Shown piece after piece: positions 39,287 to 49,560 of a stretch of 64,000 bases of DNA (its first letter is position 1; every line of letters begins with the position of its first letter). The translations under genes and the position numbers were made by a program. Location: the NCBI GenBank assembly GCA_048270185.1, contig JBLWTJ010000001.1, positions 672,001 through 736,000 of the forward strand. The letters are read 5' to 3'. This stretch comes from Bacteriovoracaceae bacterium (lineage in GTDB: Bacteria > Bdellovibrionota > Bacteriovoracia > Bacteriovoracales > Bacteriovoracaceae). The notes beneath the pieces are model-generated. The model worked only from the letters and a program-made list of their open reading frames with translations. It searched no databases and was not told the origin of the DNA.

Positions 39287-41482
39287 GATTAAAAATTTCT
39301 TAGCATATAAGCTAGCAGCAAGGTCCGCATTCTTGCTGCTACGATTTTCAATTCGATAGCCAACAAAAACTCTCTTACCACGACGATAACGATACGCTGG
39401 AACCAGCTTAACAAATTTCTTCATATCACCTTTATAGATAATAAACTCATCTCCAGGCTTAATATCTTTAGCTGTAATTAAGAGCGAGCCAAGATCAATA
39501 CTATCAATATCTGCCTTAACTTTAATCTTCTTAATCTCATCACTCTTACTTGCAATACTTCGCCCTTGATCTTTTTGGTATTCAAGGCCATTAAACATCT
39601 TTGAAATTTCAGATGCATCAGGGTGGTTTGTAATTGATGATGGAAGAGTTGCACCAGAGCTTTCAAGAGTATTTAAATCAATATTTGGAGCGGAACGTCC
39701 TGTGATATCCACAACTGTTGCTTGTTTCTCTGGTGGTGCGAAAGTCGAACTCCCTGTTCCACCAGAACCACCTGCGCCGCCAAAACCTTGACCAGCACCA
39801 GCTCCTCCTCCACTACTTGCGTAATTTGCAGGAAAATCATTTCCAGAGGCCGTTGATCTCGAACCTTGTCCAAAACCACCAATAGGCTCTAGCGTTTCAG
39901 CATCATAACGCTGATACTTTGCTGCATTGGCCGCGGCCAATTTATCTGCTGCTTCTTTCTTTTTGCGATCTCTTTCGGCAAGGGCCTCTTCAAGCGAGGT
40001 TCCTGCCTTGCGAAGTGCTTTTATTGATTCAACAATTTCTTTTGCTTGCTTTGATACTTTGCGATTTGAGCGAGAACCCATTTGCAGAGTTCCACGACGA
40101 ATCGGTGCTTCAGTCTGCGTTAATTGTTGTGGTTGTTGAGTAGCCTGCGGTGCTTGCTGATGCTGCTGACTTCCACGCATGGCCATATTATTCTTAGGCT
40201 GAGGCTTCATCTTCGCCTGAGTTTCATTTACAGGACTTACTTGTGAAGTTTCTTTCTTTGCAATAACTTTTGCTTGAGGTTGTTGCGTTTTTTCATTAGG
40301 CACCTCTTCTCCAAAGAATTGGTTAACAAGTGAACCTTGGAAATTTGTTGGTGCCACATAAGAGTAGGCCACAACTTTTTCGTACTCTTCTTCACTTAGG
40401 TTGGCCTTAAGATAGGCCTTGTCCTCATCTGATAATGCCTTTGTTGTTGAGTTCTTGACAACCTTATCAACGAGTAATTCCTTTAAGAATTTACATTCTT
40501 CATTACCATTTTCTTTATCACTACAATTTAATCTTTCAAGTTCCGCCATGGCAGCATCGATATCCATTTTGCAGCCATGAATTGTATAAGGAGCTTTATC
40601 TTCACAGACTTTATTACAGACTGCGGAAGTATCTAACTCTCTTTTATTTTTATATGTTTGAGAAAGTAGTTGGAGAATATTTGTAAATTTAATATCCTTT
40701 GAAATCTTATGATCGATGATCTTACAATAGTAATTATAATTATCCACGATTTGTGGATTTGAAAGAGCATCCATTTCAAATTTATCTTTATCCGAAAACT
40801 CTAGAGGCTCTTGATTACATAGCACATCGACTTTCTGATTAAATTCCTCACACAAACTTCCAAGCATTTTTTCAACTTCATCTCGTGGTGTTTCACTCGT
40901 AACACTTTCAGCAAGATTTAGTTCAGGATTAAATAGAGAAGAGCATGAATTGGTCTTATATGAAGCGATAGTTGAATTCTTTAAGTCACTTCCTTCATAT
41001 AATTCTTTGTATTCTTTTTTTAGTTCCACAACGGCACTATCAAGGCCATTTTTAAAGTCATTATCAGGAAACATCTCTTTTAATGTATCACTCTTACAAC
41101 TGGCCTCGAGTACACCTTGTAGGTTACAACTTGCCGTAAGATCATTCTTCCCATAGCGGCTATTGACCTGATTAACGTAATTAGCAAATTCAAAAATTTC
41201 ACCTTTAATCTTAAGACCGATATTTCGGCGGACAATCCTTCGACTCTTGTCAAAGTCAGTATTCTTATCCTGTGCAATACATTCACAATATTGATCAGTT
41301 GAAGGCATATAATCATATTTTTCAACACAAGTTGCACCAACTCTCACCTTAATATCATCAGTAAGACTAGTTGCAAGTTGTTCAATAGTATTATTATTAA
41401 ATATGGCCGTAATACCGCGCAAGCATTCAGCATGAGTGTTCGTAGTTAGAAAGGTTAATAGAAGAAATATTTTAAAATTCAT
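39281..41482 (-). CDS. large secreted Cys-rich orphan protein (RSIAS family)
   Basis: 733 aa, signal peptide, YCEC, C-x10-C, YYC, Gln-rich linker, coiled coil, Gly-rich tract, GRSIAS. Confidence 0.75.
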   Translation of the reverse strand: MNFKIFLLLTFLTTNTHAECLRGITAIFNNNTIEQLATSLTDDIKVRVGATCVEKYDYMPSTDQYCECIAQDKNTDFDKSRRIVRRNIGLKIKGEIFEFANYVNQVNSRYGKNDLTASCNLQGVLEASCKSDTLKEMFPDNDFKNGLDSAVVELKKEYKELYEGSDLKNSTIASYKTNSCSSLFNPELNLAESVTSETPRDEVEKMLGSLCEEFNQKVDVLCNQEPLEFSDKDKFEMDALSNPQIVDNYNYYCKIIDHKISKDIKFTNILQLLSQTYKNKRELDTSAVCNKVCEDKAPYTIHGCKMDIDAAMAELERLNCSDKENGNEECKFLKELLVDKVVKNSTTKALSDEDKAYLKANLSEEEYEKVVAYSYVAPTNFQGSLVNQFFGEEVPNEKTQQPQAKVIAKKETSQVSPVNETQAKMKPQPKNNMAMRGSQQHQQAPQATQQPQQLTQTEAPIRRGTLQMGSRSNRKVSKQAKEIVESIKALRKAGTSLEEALAERDRKKKEAADKLAAANAAKYQRYDAETLEPIGGFGQGSRSTASGNDFPANYASSGGGAGAGQGFGGAGGSGGTGSSTFAPPEKQATVVDITGRSAPNIDLNTLESSGATLPSSITNHPDASEISKMFNGLEYQKDQGRSIASKSDEIKKIKVKADIDSIDLGSLLITAKDIKPGDEFIIYKGDMKKFVKLVPAYRYRRGKRVFVGYRIENRSSKNADLAASLYAKKFLIL

Positions 41483-41496
41483 TAATAATATTCTTC

Positions 41497-42198
41497 CTAT
41501 GGCATTGGCAGTGTTATTGGCATATCAGGTTCTTCTTTCTTAATTTGGTCAAGTGTCTTCTTTGGATACTTGGTAATATATCGTGGGTGCTTAAGTCTTT
41601 TAACGATAGGAAGGTACTCCATTTGAAATCTTTTCGATTTAGGGTAATGTTTAGCAAGATGATCATAGACAATATACATTGGTCCTTCATACATCTTCCC
41701 TTCACGCCAAATACGGACAAATGCATTTGGATCAGCACCATCAAATAAAGGCTTCATGATATCCCCAAACATCAATCCTATATCATCAAGACTTGTTAAG
41801 TGGTCAAACATATTCTTAGCATAGCCCCAACACCCCATTGTTAGCATATACTTAAAGAAGAAGTCCGTCTCATCTCCGTCTTTATATTTTTCCGTAATAT
41901 TTTCTCGAACATCTTTAAAGAATGGGTCCGTAGGATTAGCTCTTGCATAGAATTCACAAACTGTTTTCATATCAGGACTAAGGATTTCTCTTATATTATC
42001 TGGCAGCTTTGGGTAATCATAAGAAGAATAAATTCCCCCCACATTCTGTGCTCCAACACTTGCAAGCTTACGCACATTCTCCACATTCTTTTGATCAAGA
42101 GTTTCGAGGTTTCCCCCCTCACAATCAACAGAATTGGCCGTTTGGGCCTGAGCAAAAGCAGTGTTAAAGATGAATAATAAGCAAATGAATCTTTTCAT
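41497..42198 (-). CDS. secreted hypothetical protein
   Basis: 233 aa, signal peptide (..TAFA/Q); 14 bp upstream of the 733-aa gene. Confidence 0.7.
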   Translation of the reverse strand: MKRFICLLFIFNTAFAQAQTANSVDCEGGNLETLDQKNVENVRKLASVGAQNVGGIYSSYDYPKLPDNIREILSPDMKTVCEFYARANPTDPFFKDVRENITEKYKDGDETDFFFKYMLTMGCWGYAKNMFDHLTSLDDIGLMFGDIMKPLFDGADPNAFVRIWREGKMYEGPMYIVYDHLAKHYPKSKRFQMEYLPIVKRLKHPRYITKYPKKTLDQIKKEEPDMPITLPMP

Positions 42199-42217
42199 AA
42201 TATAATCCTTTGAAATC

Positions 42218-42244
42218 TCATCGGATTATAAGTCTATGACTTTA
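42218..42244 (-). promoter_or_regulatory. sigma28-like promoter
   Basis: minus strand TAAA-N15-TCCGATGA (canonical FliA spacing). Confidence 0.65.
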
Positions 42245-42292
42245 GAGGGAAAATTAAAGAATCTAAATAAATTCAATTATTTATTTGATATT

Positions 42293-44221
42293 TCAAAAGC
42301 CCGAGTAAAACCCTAGAGTTTCAGGATTGGCCACGGCCTGAATATTATCCAGTGCTCGCCCATTGATAAGGCGGCTCACGGCCATTTCCATCTTCTTACC
42401 AGAGCGAGTGTATGGGATGCCTTTGACGGCAATCACTCTCTTGGGCATGTGACGTGGGGTTGTATTTTCACGGATGCGATTTCTAATGAGCTTGATATCG
42501 TCTTCACTTAGTTCACGGCCGTCCTTTGTTACCACAAAGAGCCACACATCAACATCGCCTTCGATATTCTTTCCAACGCACACTGAATCTTCGATAAAGT
42601 CGATGGTTTCAGTTTGGCGATAGATTTCAGCGGTTCCGATTCTTACTCCCCCAGGATTTAGGGTTGCATCTGAGCGGCCAAGAACTTGGGCCCCACCAGA
42701 TTCAGTGATTTTGATGAAGTCACCGTGGTGCCAAACACCTTTAAATTCTGCAAAGTAGGCCTTGTGAATTCTTTCACCGTTATCATCATTTAAGAAATAG
42801 ATTGGGCGAGATGGAAAAGATTGGCGGCAAACGAGTTCGCCCTCTGCACCTTTGACTTCCTTGCCACGAGAATCAAAGCAAGTCACATCCATGCCAAGGC
42901 CAGCACATTGAAGCTCCCCTCTAAAGACCGGAAGAATCGGGTTTCCTAGAAAGAAACAACCAATGATATCCGTTCCACCAGAAATACTTGAAAGCTGAAT
43001 ATCTGATTTGATCCTATTATAAACGAAGTCAAATTGTTCAGGCAGCAGTGGTGCTCCTGTTGAAAGAATTGTTTCAAGACTTGAGAAATCAATCTTTGAA
43101 AGATCAGTGTCAGAGTCTTCTAGGGCCTTTAAGAATTTTGGGCTTGTGCCAAAAATATCAAGTTGCTCTCTTTCAATAATTGCTAGAAACTCTCCCATAG
43201 ATGGATAGGCCGGAGAGCCTTCATAGAGGACAACAGTTGAACCAAAGTAAAGAGAAGAAATCAGCCAATTCCACATCATCCAACCACAAGTTGTGAAGTA
43301 GAAGATTGAAGACTGCTCTTTTAGGTTTGAGTGAAGCCCAAGCTCTTTAATATGGTTAACAAGTGTTCCACCAATGCTGTGTACGATACACTTTGGCTTT
43401 CCAGTCGTTCCAGAAGAATACATGATATAAAGAGGATCAGCGAAGTTGCAATCAACATAAGTGATTTCATTATCACTTTCTTTAACCACTTCACTCCATG
43501 CCACGGCCTTATGAATTCTTGAAATATCAAGTCCCTCGCCATTGAAGTCAACGACGATAACTTTTTCAATTGAATCCACAACTTTAACAACAGCATTGAT
43601 TTTATCTGTGAGATCAAAGAATTTTCCACCGTACTCGTAACCATTAACAGTAACGAGAACTTTAGGACGAGATTGGCCAAAGCGATCAATCACTCCTTCT
43701 ATTCCAAAGTCACTTGAAGTCGAAGTAAAGACACCACCAAGCCCCGTTGTAGCAAGCATGGCAATTGGTGTTTCCGCGATATTTGGCATATAGCACGCAA
43801 GAACTTCACCTTTTGAAATGTGAGGCGCAATAACCTCTTGCAGCCCTGCTACTTGTTTACGAAGTGAACCGTAAGTCACACTACTTGTACGACCACTTTC
43901 ACGTACGCTCTTTAAAGCAATAGCAACGTCACGGCCATTCTTTAACATATTCCTTGCAAAGTTTAGCTTCACTTCAGGAAACCAACCGTAGCTATCAAAG
44001 CTTAAGTCGGTACAGACAGGCTCAAGATTTCCACTAAAGTCGACTTCATAGAATTTAATTAATTCTTTCCAAAAACCCTTTGGATTTTCGACAGAGTATT
44101 TATGAAGAGAGTGATAAGATTTGCAATCAAGTCCTTGGGTCTTATTAATCCACTTAATAAACTCCATCATATTCGATGACTGAACTTTCTCACTACTTGG
44201 CGTATATAAAATCTTATTCAC
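42293..44221 (-). CDS. acetoacetate--CoA ligase (acetoacetyl-CoA synthetase)
   Basis: YIMYSSGTTGKPKCIVH, YFTTCGWMMWNWL, SISGGTDI, GRSDATLNPGGVRIGTAEIY. Confidence 0.95.
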   Translation of the reverse strand: MNKILYTPSSEKVQSSNMMEFIKWINKTQGLDCKSYHSLHKYSVENPKGFWKELIKFYEVDFSGNLEPVCTDLSFDSYGWFPEVKLNFARNMLKNGRDVAIALKSVRESGRTSSVTYGSLRKQVAGLQEVIAPHISKGEVLACYMPNIAETPIAMLATTGLGGVFTSTSSDFGIEGVIDRFGQSRPKVLVTVNGYEYGGKFFDLTDKINAVVKVVDSIEKVIVVDFNGEGLDISRIHKAVAWSEVVKESDNEITYVDCNFADPLYIMYSSGTTGKPKCIVHSIGGTLVNHIKELGLHSNLKEQSSIFYFTTCGWMMWNWLISSLYFGSTVVLYEGSPAYPSMGEFLAIIEREQLDIFGTSPKFLKALEDSDTDLSKIDFSSLETILSTGAPLLPEQFDFVYNRIKSDIQLSSISGGTDIIGCFFLGNPILPVFRGELQCAGLGMDVTCFDSRGKEVKGAEGELVCRQSFPSRPIYFLNDDNGERIHKAYFAEFKGVWHHGDFIKITESGGAQVLGRSDATLNPGGVRIGTAEIYRQTETIDFIEDSVCVGKNIEGDVDVWLFVVTKDGRELSEDDIKLIRNRIRENTTPRHMPKRVIAVKGIPYTRSGKKMEMAVSRLINGRALDNIQAVANPETLGFYSGF

Positions 44222-44241
44222 TTCTTCAAACCTTTAAAAAC

Positions 44242-44808
44242 TTAAACGAGACCTTTTAAGATCCCTGCACTCTCATTTTCAACTTTTTCATGGAGAGAGT
44301 TTCCATGGGCATCCATTGTCACAACAACAGGAAATTCATCAACTGTTAATTCCCAAATTGCTTCTGGTGAACCAAGATCACGCCAGTAAACATTATCAAC
44401 TGATTTAATTTTTTCGGCAAGAACTTGTGCAGCTCCACCAATTCCGTGGAAGTAAACACAACCGTACTCTTTACAACCAGCAAGAGTCTTTGGCCCCATT
44501 CCACCTTTACCGATAACACCGAGAATTCCGTGGTCACGCATAACTTCCCATTGGTATGGCTCCTCACGAATTGAAGTTGTCGGTCCTGCAGCTTTTACTT
44601 CATAACTGCCATCTTTATTTTCAAGTACAACTGGCCCGCAGTGGTAGATGATTTGATTATTTAAATCAACTGGAGGAGGAGTCCCTTCGTGAAGACGCTT
44701 GTGAACGGCATCGCGTCCTGTAAACATCTTGCCAGAGATTAAAACCATATCCCCTACTTTTAGTTCTCTAATTTGTTCTTTTGTGAATGGATAGTCTAAA
44801 CGTTTCAT
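44242..44808 (-). CDS. Fe-S hydro-lyase (class I fumarate hydratase/tartrate dehydratase) beta subunit
   Basis: LKVGD, TGRDAVHKRL, IYHCGPVV, AAGPTTSIR, IGKGGMG, MDAHGNSL. Confidence 0.93.
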   Translation of the reverse strand: MKRLDYPFTKEQIRELKVGDMVLISGKMFTGRDAVHKRLHEGTPPPVDLNNQIIYHCGPVVLENKDGSYEVKAAGPTTSIREEPYQWEVMRDHGILGVIGKGGMGPKTLAGCKEYGCVYFHGIGGAAQVLAEKIKSVDNVYWRDLGSPEAIWELTVDEFPVVVTMDAHGNSLHEKVENESAGILKGLV

Positions 44809-44822
44809 GTTCTAACCTCTTA

Positions 44823-46010
44823 CTAGTATAACCATTTATTGATTGTATTATTTGCTTTAAGAGCAATACCTTGTCTTCTAAATGCCCAGCACATATATGA
44901 GACTGAAACAAAGAATGATGCCGGCAGGCGGTTTAGATCTGTTACCTTACATCCTAGAAGAGTTGTCTTTCCACCAAATCCCATTGGCCCAATACCAAGT
45001 TTATTTGCCGTTTCAACGATATCTTTTTCAAGGTCAGCAAGAACTGGATTAGCATTAGAATCATCAAGCTTTCTTAGGAATTGATCTTTAGCAGCGACGT
45101 GACCTGTACCACGATCACCACCGATACAAACCCCAAGAACACCAGGACCACAACCCTTACCTTGAGCCTTTTGAACACAATCAAGGATAACCTTTCTTAC
45201 ACCATCAAGGTCTCGTCCTGCGTTTAACTCAGTATTTGGAAGTGAGTATTGAGCACCAACGTTCTCACATCCTCCACCTTTAAGCATAAGCTTTACTTCA
45301 AGATTCTTTGACTTGTGTTGAACGAATTTGATAACAGGGTGACCGCCACCAACGTTCATACAGTCATTCTTTCCAGTTAGTGAGTTTACTGAGTTCTGTC
45401 TAAGGTAACCGATTTCAGTTGCCTTAAGAACGGCCTTCTCACAAACTTTTCTAAATGCTGCTTGATCAAAGTCTTTTGGGTGATAAACCTTGAAAACAAT
45501 TGTTCCCGTATCTTGGCAAAGTGGCTGAGATTTCATTTCGGCCATCTTGATATTTGCTTGAATGATATTCATTGCGTATTCAGCTGTTGTGTTCTTTTCT
45601 TCTCTGTGAAGAGCTTCAAGAACGACTTTTTGAACGTCATCAGGTAGAACTGTTGAAGTTACTCTAACTAGTTCTAAGAGTGATTCAAAAAGAGCTTTGC
45701 TTGGGTTCGCCTTTTTCTTTGTAACTTTCTTAGTCGCTTTCTTTGCTACTTTTTTCTTCGTAACTTTTTTGGCTACTTTTTTCTTAGTAGCTTTCTTTGC
45801 CACTTTCTTCTTTGTAACTTTCTTAGTAGCTTTCTTAGTAGCTTTCTTTGCCACTTTTTTCTTAGCTACTTTCTTAGTCGCTTTCTTCGTAGTTTTTTTG
45901 GCTACTTTCTTCTTTGTAACTTTTTTGGCTACTTTCTTAGTCGCTTTCTTCGTAGTTTTTTTGGCTACTTTCTTAGTTGCTTTCTTTTTGGCCACTTTCT
46001 TTTTTGCCAC
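44823..46010 (-). CDS. Fe-S hydro-lyase (class I fumarate hydratase) alpha subunit with an N-terminal histone-H1-like Lys-rich extension
   Basis: PLCQDTG, YLRQNSV, KGGGCEN, GKGCGPG, LGIGPMGFGG, MCWAFRR; first ~100 aa are KKVAKK/KKATKK repeats; GTG start after GGAG. Confidence 0.92.
   Translation of the reverse strand: MAKKKVAKKKATKKVAKKTTKKATKKVAKKVTKKKVAKKTTKKATKKVAKKKVAKKATKKATKKVTKKKVAKKATKKKVAKKVTKKKVAKKATKKVTKKKANPSKALFESLLELVRVTSTVLPDDVQKVVLEALHREEKNTTAEYAMNIIQANIKMAEMKSQPLCQDTGTIVFKVYHPKDFDQAAFRKVCEKAVLKATEIGYLRQNSVNSLTGKNDCMNVGGGHPVIKFVQHKSKNLEVKLMLKGGGCENVGAQYSLPNTELNAGRDLDGVRKVILDCVQKAQGKGCGPGVLGVCIGGDRGTGHVAAKDQFLRKLDDSNANPVLADLEKDIVETANKLGIGPMGFGGKTTLLGCKVTDLNRLPASFFVSVSYMCWAFRRQGIALKANNTINKWLY
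45712..46004 (-). repeat. degenerate coding tandem repeats (KK[V/A/T][A/T] units)
   Basis: Repeated gctactttctt/gctttctt/gtaactttt blocks, including a ~47-bp exact repeat at 45865 and 45928. Confidence 0.9.
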
Positions 46011-46020
46011 ATCTGACTCC

Positions 46021-47085
46021 TTAATCTATATAGAAAAAATTTCCAAATTCATGTGCATACTTCTGTGTAATCATCCCATACCCTGGGTAGCTTACACCAT
46101 CTAATTTAAACTTCTTTCCAAAGCCTTTCACACCCCAAGAATTCTTGAAGTAGTAAACACCCTTATACTCAAAGAATTTCCAAGAACCGTCTTCCATTTG
46201 CATACGAGTTCTAACGACAACGTCATCATCGTAACCAACAAGAATCATCGAGTGTCCTCCTCCGTTAACGGCAGAGATGCGACGATCACGAGTTCCAACT
46301 TCAGGATAGCCAACGATTCCGGCATACCACTTGGACTTATCACGCTCTTGAATTTCATAGGTTTCAGTCTTCTTTGAGTTCCAAGAACCATAGTATAACT
46401 TAGTTCCTAGAATAACGGACTTACCTTGGCTTAACCATTTCTTAATTTTACTCAAGTCTTTCGACTTATATGACTTTTTTCTTGAGAAAAGATCATTCAC
46501 TAAAGTATCTCTTAAATAAATTGATTCCTTTCTAATAGGAATGAAGTCAGGGTCAATTTTAGAGATATCATAATCTGTCATTTCAAATAGTCGTGGATCT
46601 CTTTGTCCAAGAAGACATGACTTAAGATACTGAAGTTTTTCAACGAGATGACCACAAGTCTTGCGGGCCACATTGATTTGAGGAAAGTCTTCATCAAGTG
46701 AAGGCCACTTCTTCCTCTCGTAAGGCCAAGTCGATTCATAGACAACACCCCAATCATAAATGGCACGCATATTCTTTGAAGTTGTTGAACCTTCGTAAGA
46801 TTTATCCTTCATGATTAGGTATTCCATCCACTGCTCAGACAGATCGACTTCAGTAGGAAGAAAGCCTTGTTTCTTAATAAGTAAGTGTTCAACAATTCCT
46901 ATTGCACTAAACATCGTACACGTTCCGCGAGAGCCCTGAGACTTAACGGAAGATTGCATACTTATAAGCTCATGAATATTACTTTTGCTTGGATAATCTT
47001 GTGCCCTTACCGAGGCAAAGACAAGAGTGAATAGAATTGAAAAATTCAATAATTTTGATAAGGTACGTGTTGTTTTCATGGTCAA
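46021..47085 (-). CDS. secreted C1A (papain-like) cysteine peptidase
   Basis: VKSQGSRGTCTMFS (Gln/Cys), DLSEQ, GGHSMILVGY (His), FKNSWG (Asn). Confidence 0.92.
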   Translation of the reverse strand: MTMKTTRTLSKLLNFSILFTLVFASVRAQDYPSKSNIHELISMQSSVKSQGSRGTCTMFSAIGIVEHLLIKKQGFLPTEVDLSEQWMEYLIMKDKSYEGSTTSKNMRAIYDWGVVYESTWPYERKKWPSLDEDFPQINVARKTCGHLVEKLQYLKSCLLGQRDPRLFEMTDYDISKIDPDFIPIRKESIYLRDTLVNDLFSRKKSYKSKDLSKIKKWLSQGKSVILGTKLYYGSWNSKKTETYEIQERDKSKWYAGIVGYPEVGTRDRRISAVNGGGHSMILVGYDDDVVVRTRMQMEDGSWKFFEYKGVYYFKNSWGVKGFGKKFKLDGVSYPGYGMITQKYAHEFGNFFYID

Positions 47086-47195
47086 AATTCTGACTCTTTA
47101 ACTCGGAATTAGCAAGATGCGTTGCATGACGAAAAGCCTGTGCAAAGCCTCTAAAACATATTGCCTAATCACCTTCTGACAGGCACATTATAGAC

Positions 47196-49241
47196 ATGAT
47201 TTCATTGGCAGGATTAAACGACAAACAACGCGAGGCAGCTGAGACCATCGAAGGCCCAGTACTTATTCTCGCAGGAGCAGGAAGTGGTAAGACTCGTACT
47301 CTTACTTACCGTATTGCTCACATGGTCGACAACCTCCACATCCCTTCAAAGCAGATCCTAGCAGTATCCTTTACCAATAAGGCCGCCAAGGAAATGAAAG
47401 AGCGCGTTATTACTCTCTTAGGCAAGCAGAAATCTCGTGGGATGACACTTGCGACATTTCATTCCCTAGGGCTTAAGATTCTAAAGAAAGAAATCGTCCA
47501 CCTTGGCTATCATAAGAATTTTTCCATCTATGACACAACCGATCAGATGGCCATTATTCGTGAAGGGCTTCGTCTCTATCACGATAATAAGGGAAACTTT
47601 AAGAAAGAAATCATTCAATCAAAGATCGGAAAACTTAAGAACGAAGGGATCACGCCTGAGAACTTTGCCGACTCACCATATTTTGATGGTGAAGACCCAT
47701 ACGATCACGCTACGAATTTTATATACGATTTCTATCAAGAAAAGCTTAAATTCTATAACGCCATCGATTTCGATGATATTTTGCTACTTACTGTAAAGCT
47801 CTTCGATGAAAACCCAGATATTGCAAAAGAGTATTCATCAAATTTTCAATATATCATGGTTGATGAATACCAAGATACAAATCCACTACAATTTAACTTA
47901 ATTCGCCATCTAACAACAACTCACGATAATCTATGTGTTGTTGGAGATGACGATCAGGCCATCTATTCATTTAGAGGTGCTGATATTTCAAATATTATTG
48001 GCTTTGAAAGAGACTACTCTCGTGCCAAAGTCGTTAAGCTTGAACAAAATTATCGTTCAGTTTCTCCAATACTAAAACTAGCAAACGCTGTTATTAAAGA
48101 GAATGCAGATCGACGAGATAAGACTCTTTGGTCAGATAAACCAAGTGATCTCAAACCAATTCTATGGGAATTAGAGGATACGGATCACGAAGCCGAAATC
48201 ATTGTTGAAGATATTGTCTCTCATCAATCAAAAGGTGGACACCTCGGTGATATCGCAGTTCTCTACCGCTCAAATACTCAAGCGGCACCAATAGAAGAAC
48301 AGCTAAGACTTTCACAAGTTCCTTATACTATTATAGGTGGCCAAAAGTTTTACGAAAAGAAAGAAGTAAAAGATATTATGGCCTATCTGATGCTCATCAA
48401 GAATCACTCAGATCAAATGTCACTAAGAAGAATTCTAAACGTTCCAAACCGCGGTATTGGAATGAAGACTTTAGAAAAATTCCTAGAAGAAAGTGAGGCC
48501 CATCAAACTGATCTCTTCAGTGTTCTAAAAAACTCACCAGAGATTGCAGGAACAAGAGCAGAAAAGATAGAAGGCTTTGTTCAGATTATTGAAACGGCAA
48601 AATCATACTTTGAAAAATACACACTAAGTGAGGCCATAACAAATCTCATCGAAGATTTAAAATACTTTGAATATATCGATAAATGCTACGATCAGGCCAA
48701 ACAGGCCAGTCGCAGGAAAGATGATATTCACTTCTTCATTGAATCAGCGGCGCGTTTTACTGAGAATTTCAAAGAATCAGCAACACTTGATAAATTCATG
48801 GAAAAACTCATGCTTCAAGACTCGCAAGATAATCAAAATGAGGAAGAAGATGATGATGTTAGAAAGAATGAAGTAACACTTATGACACTTCACTCATCTA
48901 AAGGCCTTGAGTTTAAACAAGTTTATATGGTTGGCGTTGAAGAAGAAATTCTTCCGCATAAGAGAACAATTATCAACAATGAAGGTGATGCTGAAGAGCG
49001 CAGGCTTTGTTATGTTGGGGTCACTCGAGCTCAAGAAAAGCTTATCATGACAGTATGTAAGCAAAGAAAGATTTATGGAAATATGCTTCCACGTCACCGC
49101 TCACGTTTTATTGTCACAGAAGATGCCAAGAGATTTTATACAGAACAAGACCGCCAAAACTTTGGTCACCTAGGATCACAAGAAGAAATTGAAGAATATA
49201 AGAAGGATTTCTTCTCTGGCCTTATGAATCTTCTAGATTAA
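47196..49241 (+). CDS. ATP-dependent DNA helicase, UvrD/Rep/PcrA family
   Basis: AGAGSGKT, FTNKAAKEM, MVDEYQDTN, VGDDDQAIYSFRGA, LEQNYRS, TLHSSKGLEF, EERRLCYVGVTRA. Confidence 0.97.
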   Translation: MISLAGLNDKQREAAETIEGPVLILAGAGSGKTRTLTYRIAHMVDNLHIPSKQILAVSFTNKAAKEMKERVITLLGKQKSRGMTLATFHSLGLKILKKEIVHLGYHKNFSIYDTTDQMAIIREGLRLYHDNKGNFKKEIIQSKIGKLKNEGITPENFADSPYFDGEDPYDHATNFIYDFYQEKLKFYNAIDFDDILLLTVKLFDENPDIAKEYSSNFQYIMVDEYQDTNPLQFNLIRHLTTTHDNLCVVGDDDQAIYSFRGADISNIIGFERDYSRAKVVKLEQNYRSVSPILKLANAVIKENADRRDKTLWSDKPSDLKPILWELEDTDHEAEIIVEDIVSHQSKGGHLGDIAVLYRSNTQAAPIEEQLRLSQVPYTIIGGQKFYEKKEVKDIMAYLMLIKNHSDQMSLRRILNVPNRGIGMKTLEKFLEESEAHQTDLFSVLKNSPEIAGTRAEKIEGFVQIIETAKSYFEKYTLSEAITNLIEDLKYFEYIDKCYDQAKQASRRKDDIHFFIESAARFTENFKESATLDKFMEKLMLQDSQDNQNEEEDDDVRKNEVTLMTLHSSKGLEFKQVYMVGVEEEILPHKRTIINNEGDAEERRLCYVGVTRAQEKLIMTVCKQRKIYGNMLPRHRSRFIVTEDAKRFYTEQDRQNFGHLGSQEEIEEYKKDFFSGLMNLLD

Positions 49242-49560
49242 ATTCCACTGTTACAGTTTGTGATGAATAGCCAGGAATAAGGCTTAACAGAGCTTCAAAG
49301 AATCCCTGAGAAATACCCACTCGCATTTTTGTTACTTCAGAGCACTTATAACTGCGTTGCTGTAGGATATCTCGAAGACGACGTTCTTCGATACCAAAAC
49401 CTGAAATATTCTTTTCGACTTTATAATCTAAGACTTCATCTGACTTTGCCCAGACTCCATTTCTTGAATTACAAAATTTCGAATTTAGCTTAACACCACT
49501 AGCACACGAGGTAGCAAGAATTACTATTGGTAGAAGACTAATCAAAAACTTCATATTCAT
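49222..49560 (-). CDS. small lipoprotein, Bor/Iss-like
   Basis: GGAGAGA RBS before ATG 49560; lipobox LATSC; C-terminal QGFFEALLSLIPGYSSQTVTVEF resembles the Bor C-terminus. Confidence 0.55.
   Translation of the reverse strand: MNMKFLISLLPIVILATSCASGVKLNSKFCNSRNGVWAKSDEVLDYKVEKNISGFGIEERRLRDILQQRSYKCSEVTKMRVGISQGFFEALLSLIPGYSSQTVTVEFNLEDS

Noticed and set aside
45697..46104. 135-aa Phe-rich 'membrane protein' ORF on the + strand
   Set aside because: Antisense shadow of the Lys-rich repeat of the fumarase alpha gene.
47110..47186. c-di-GMP-I riboswitch-like words (GCAAG...GACGAAAAGCC) between the peptidase and helicase genes
   Set aside because: Both core motifs mismatch the consensus and the GNRA tetraloop/receptor is absent; a cmsearch would be needed.
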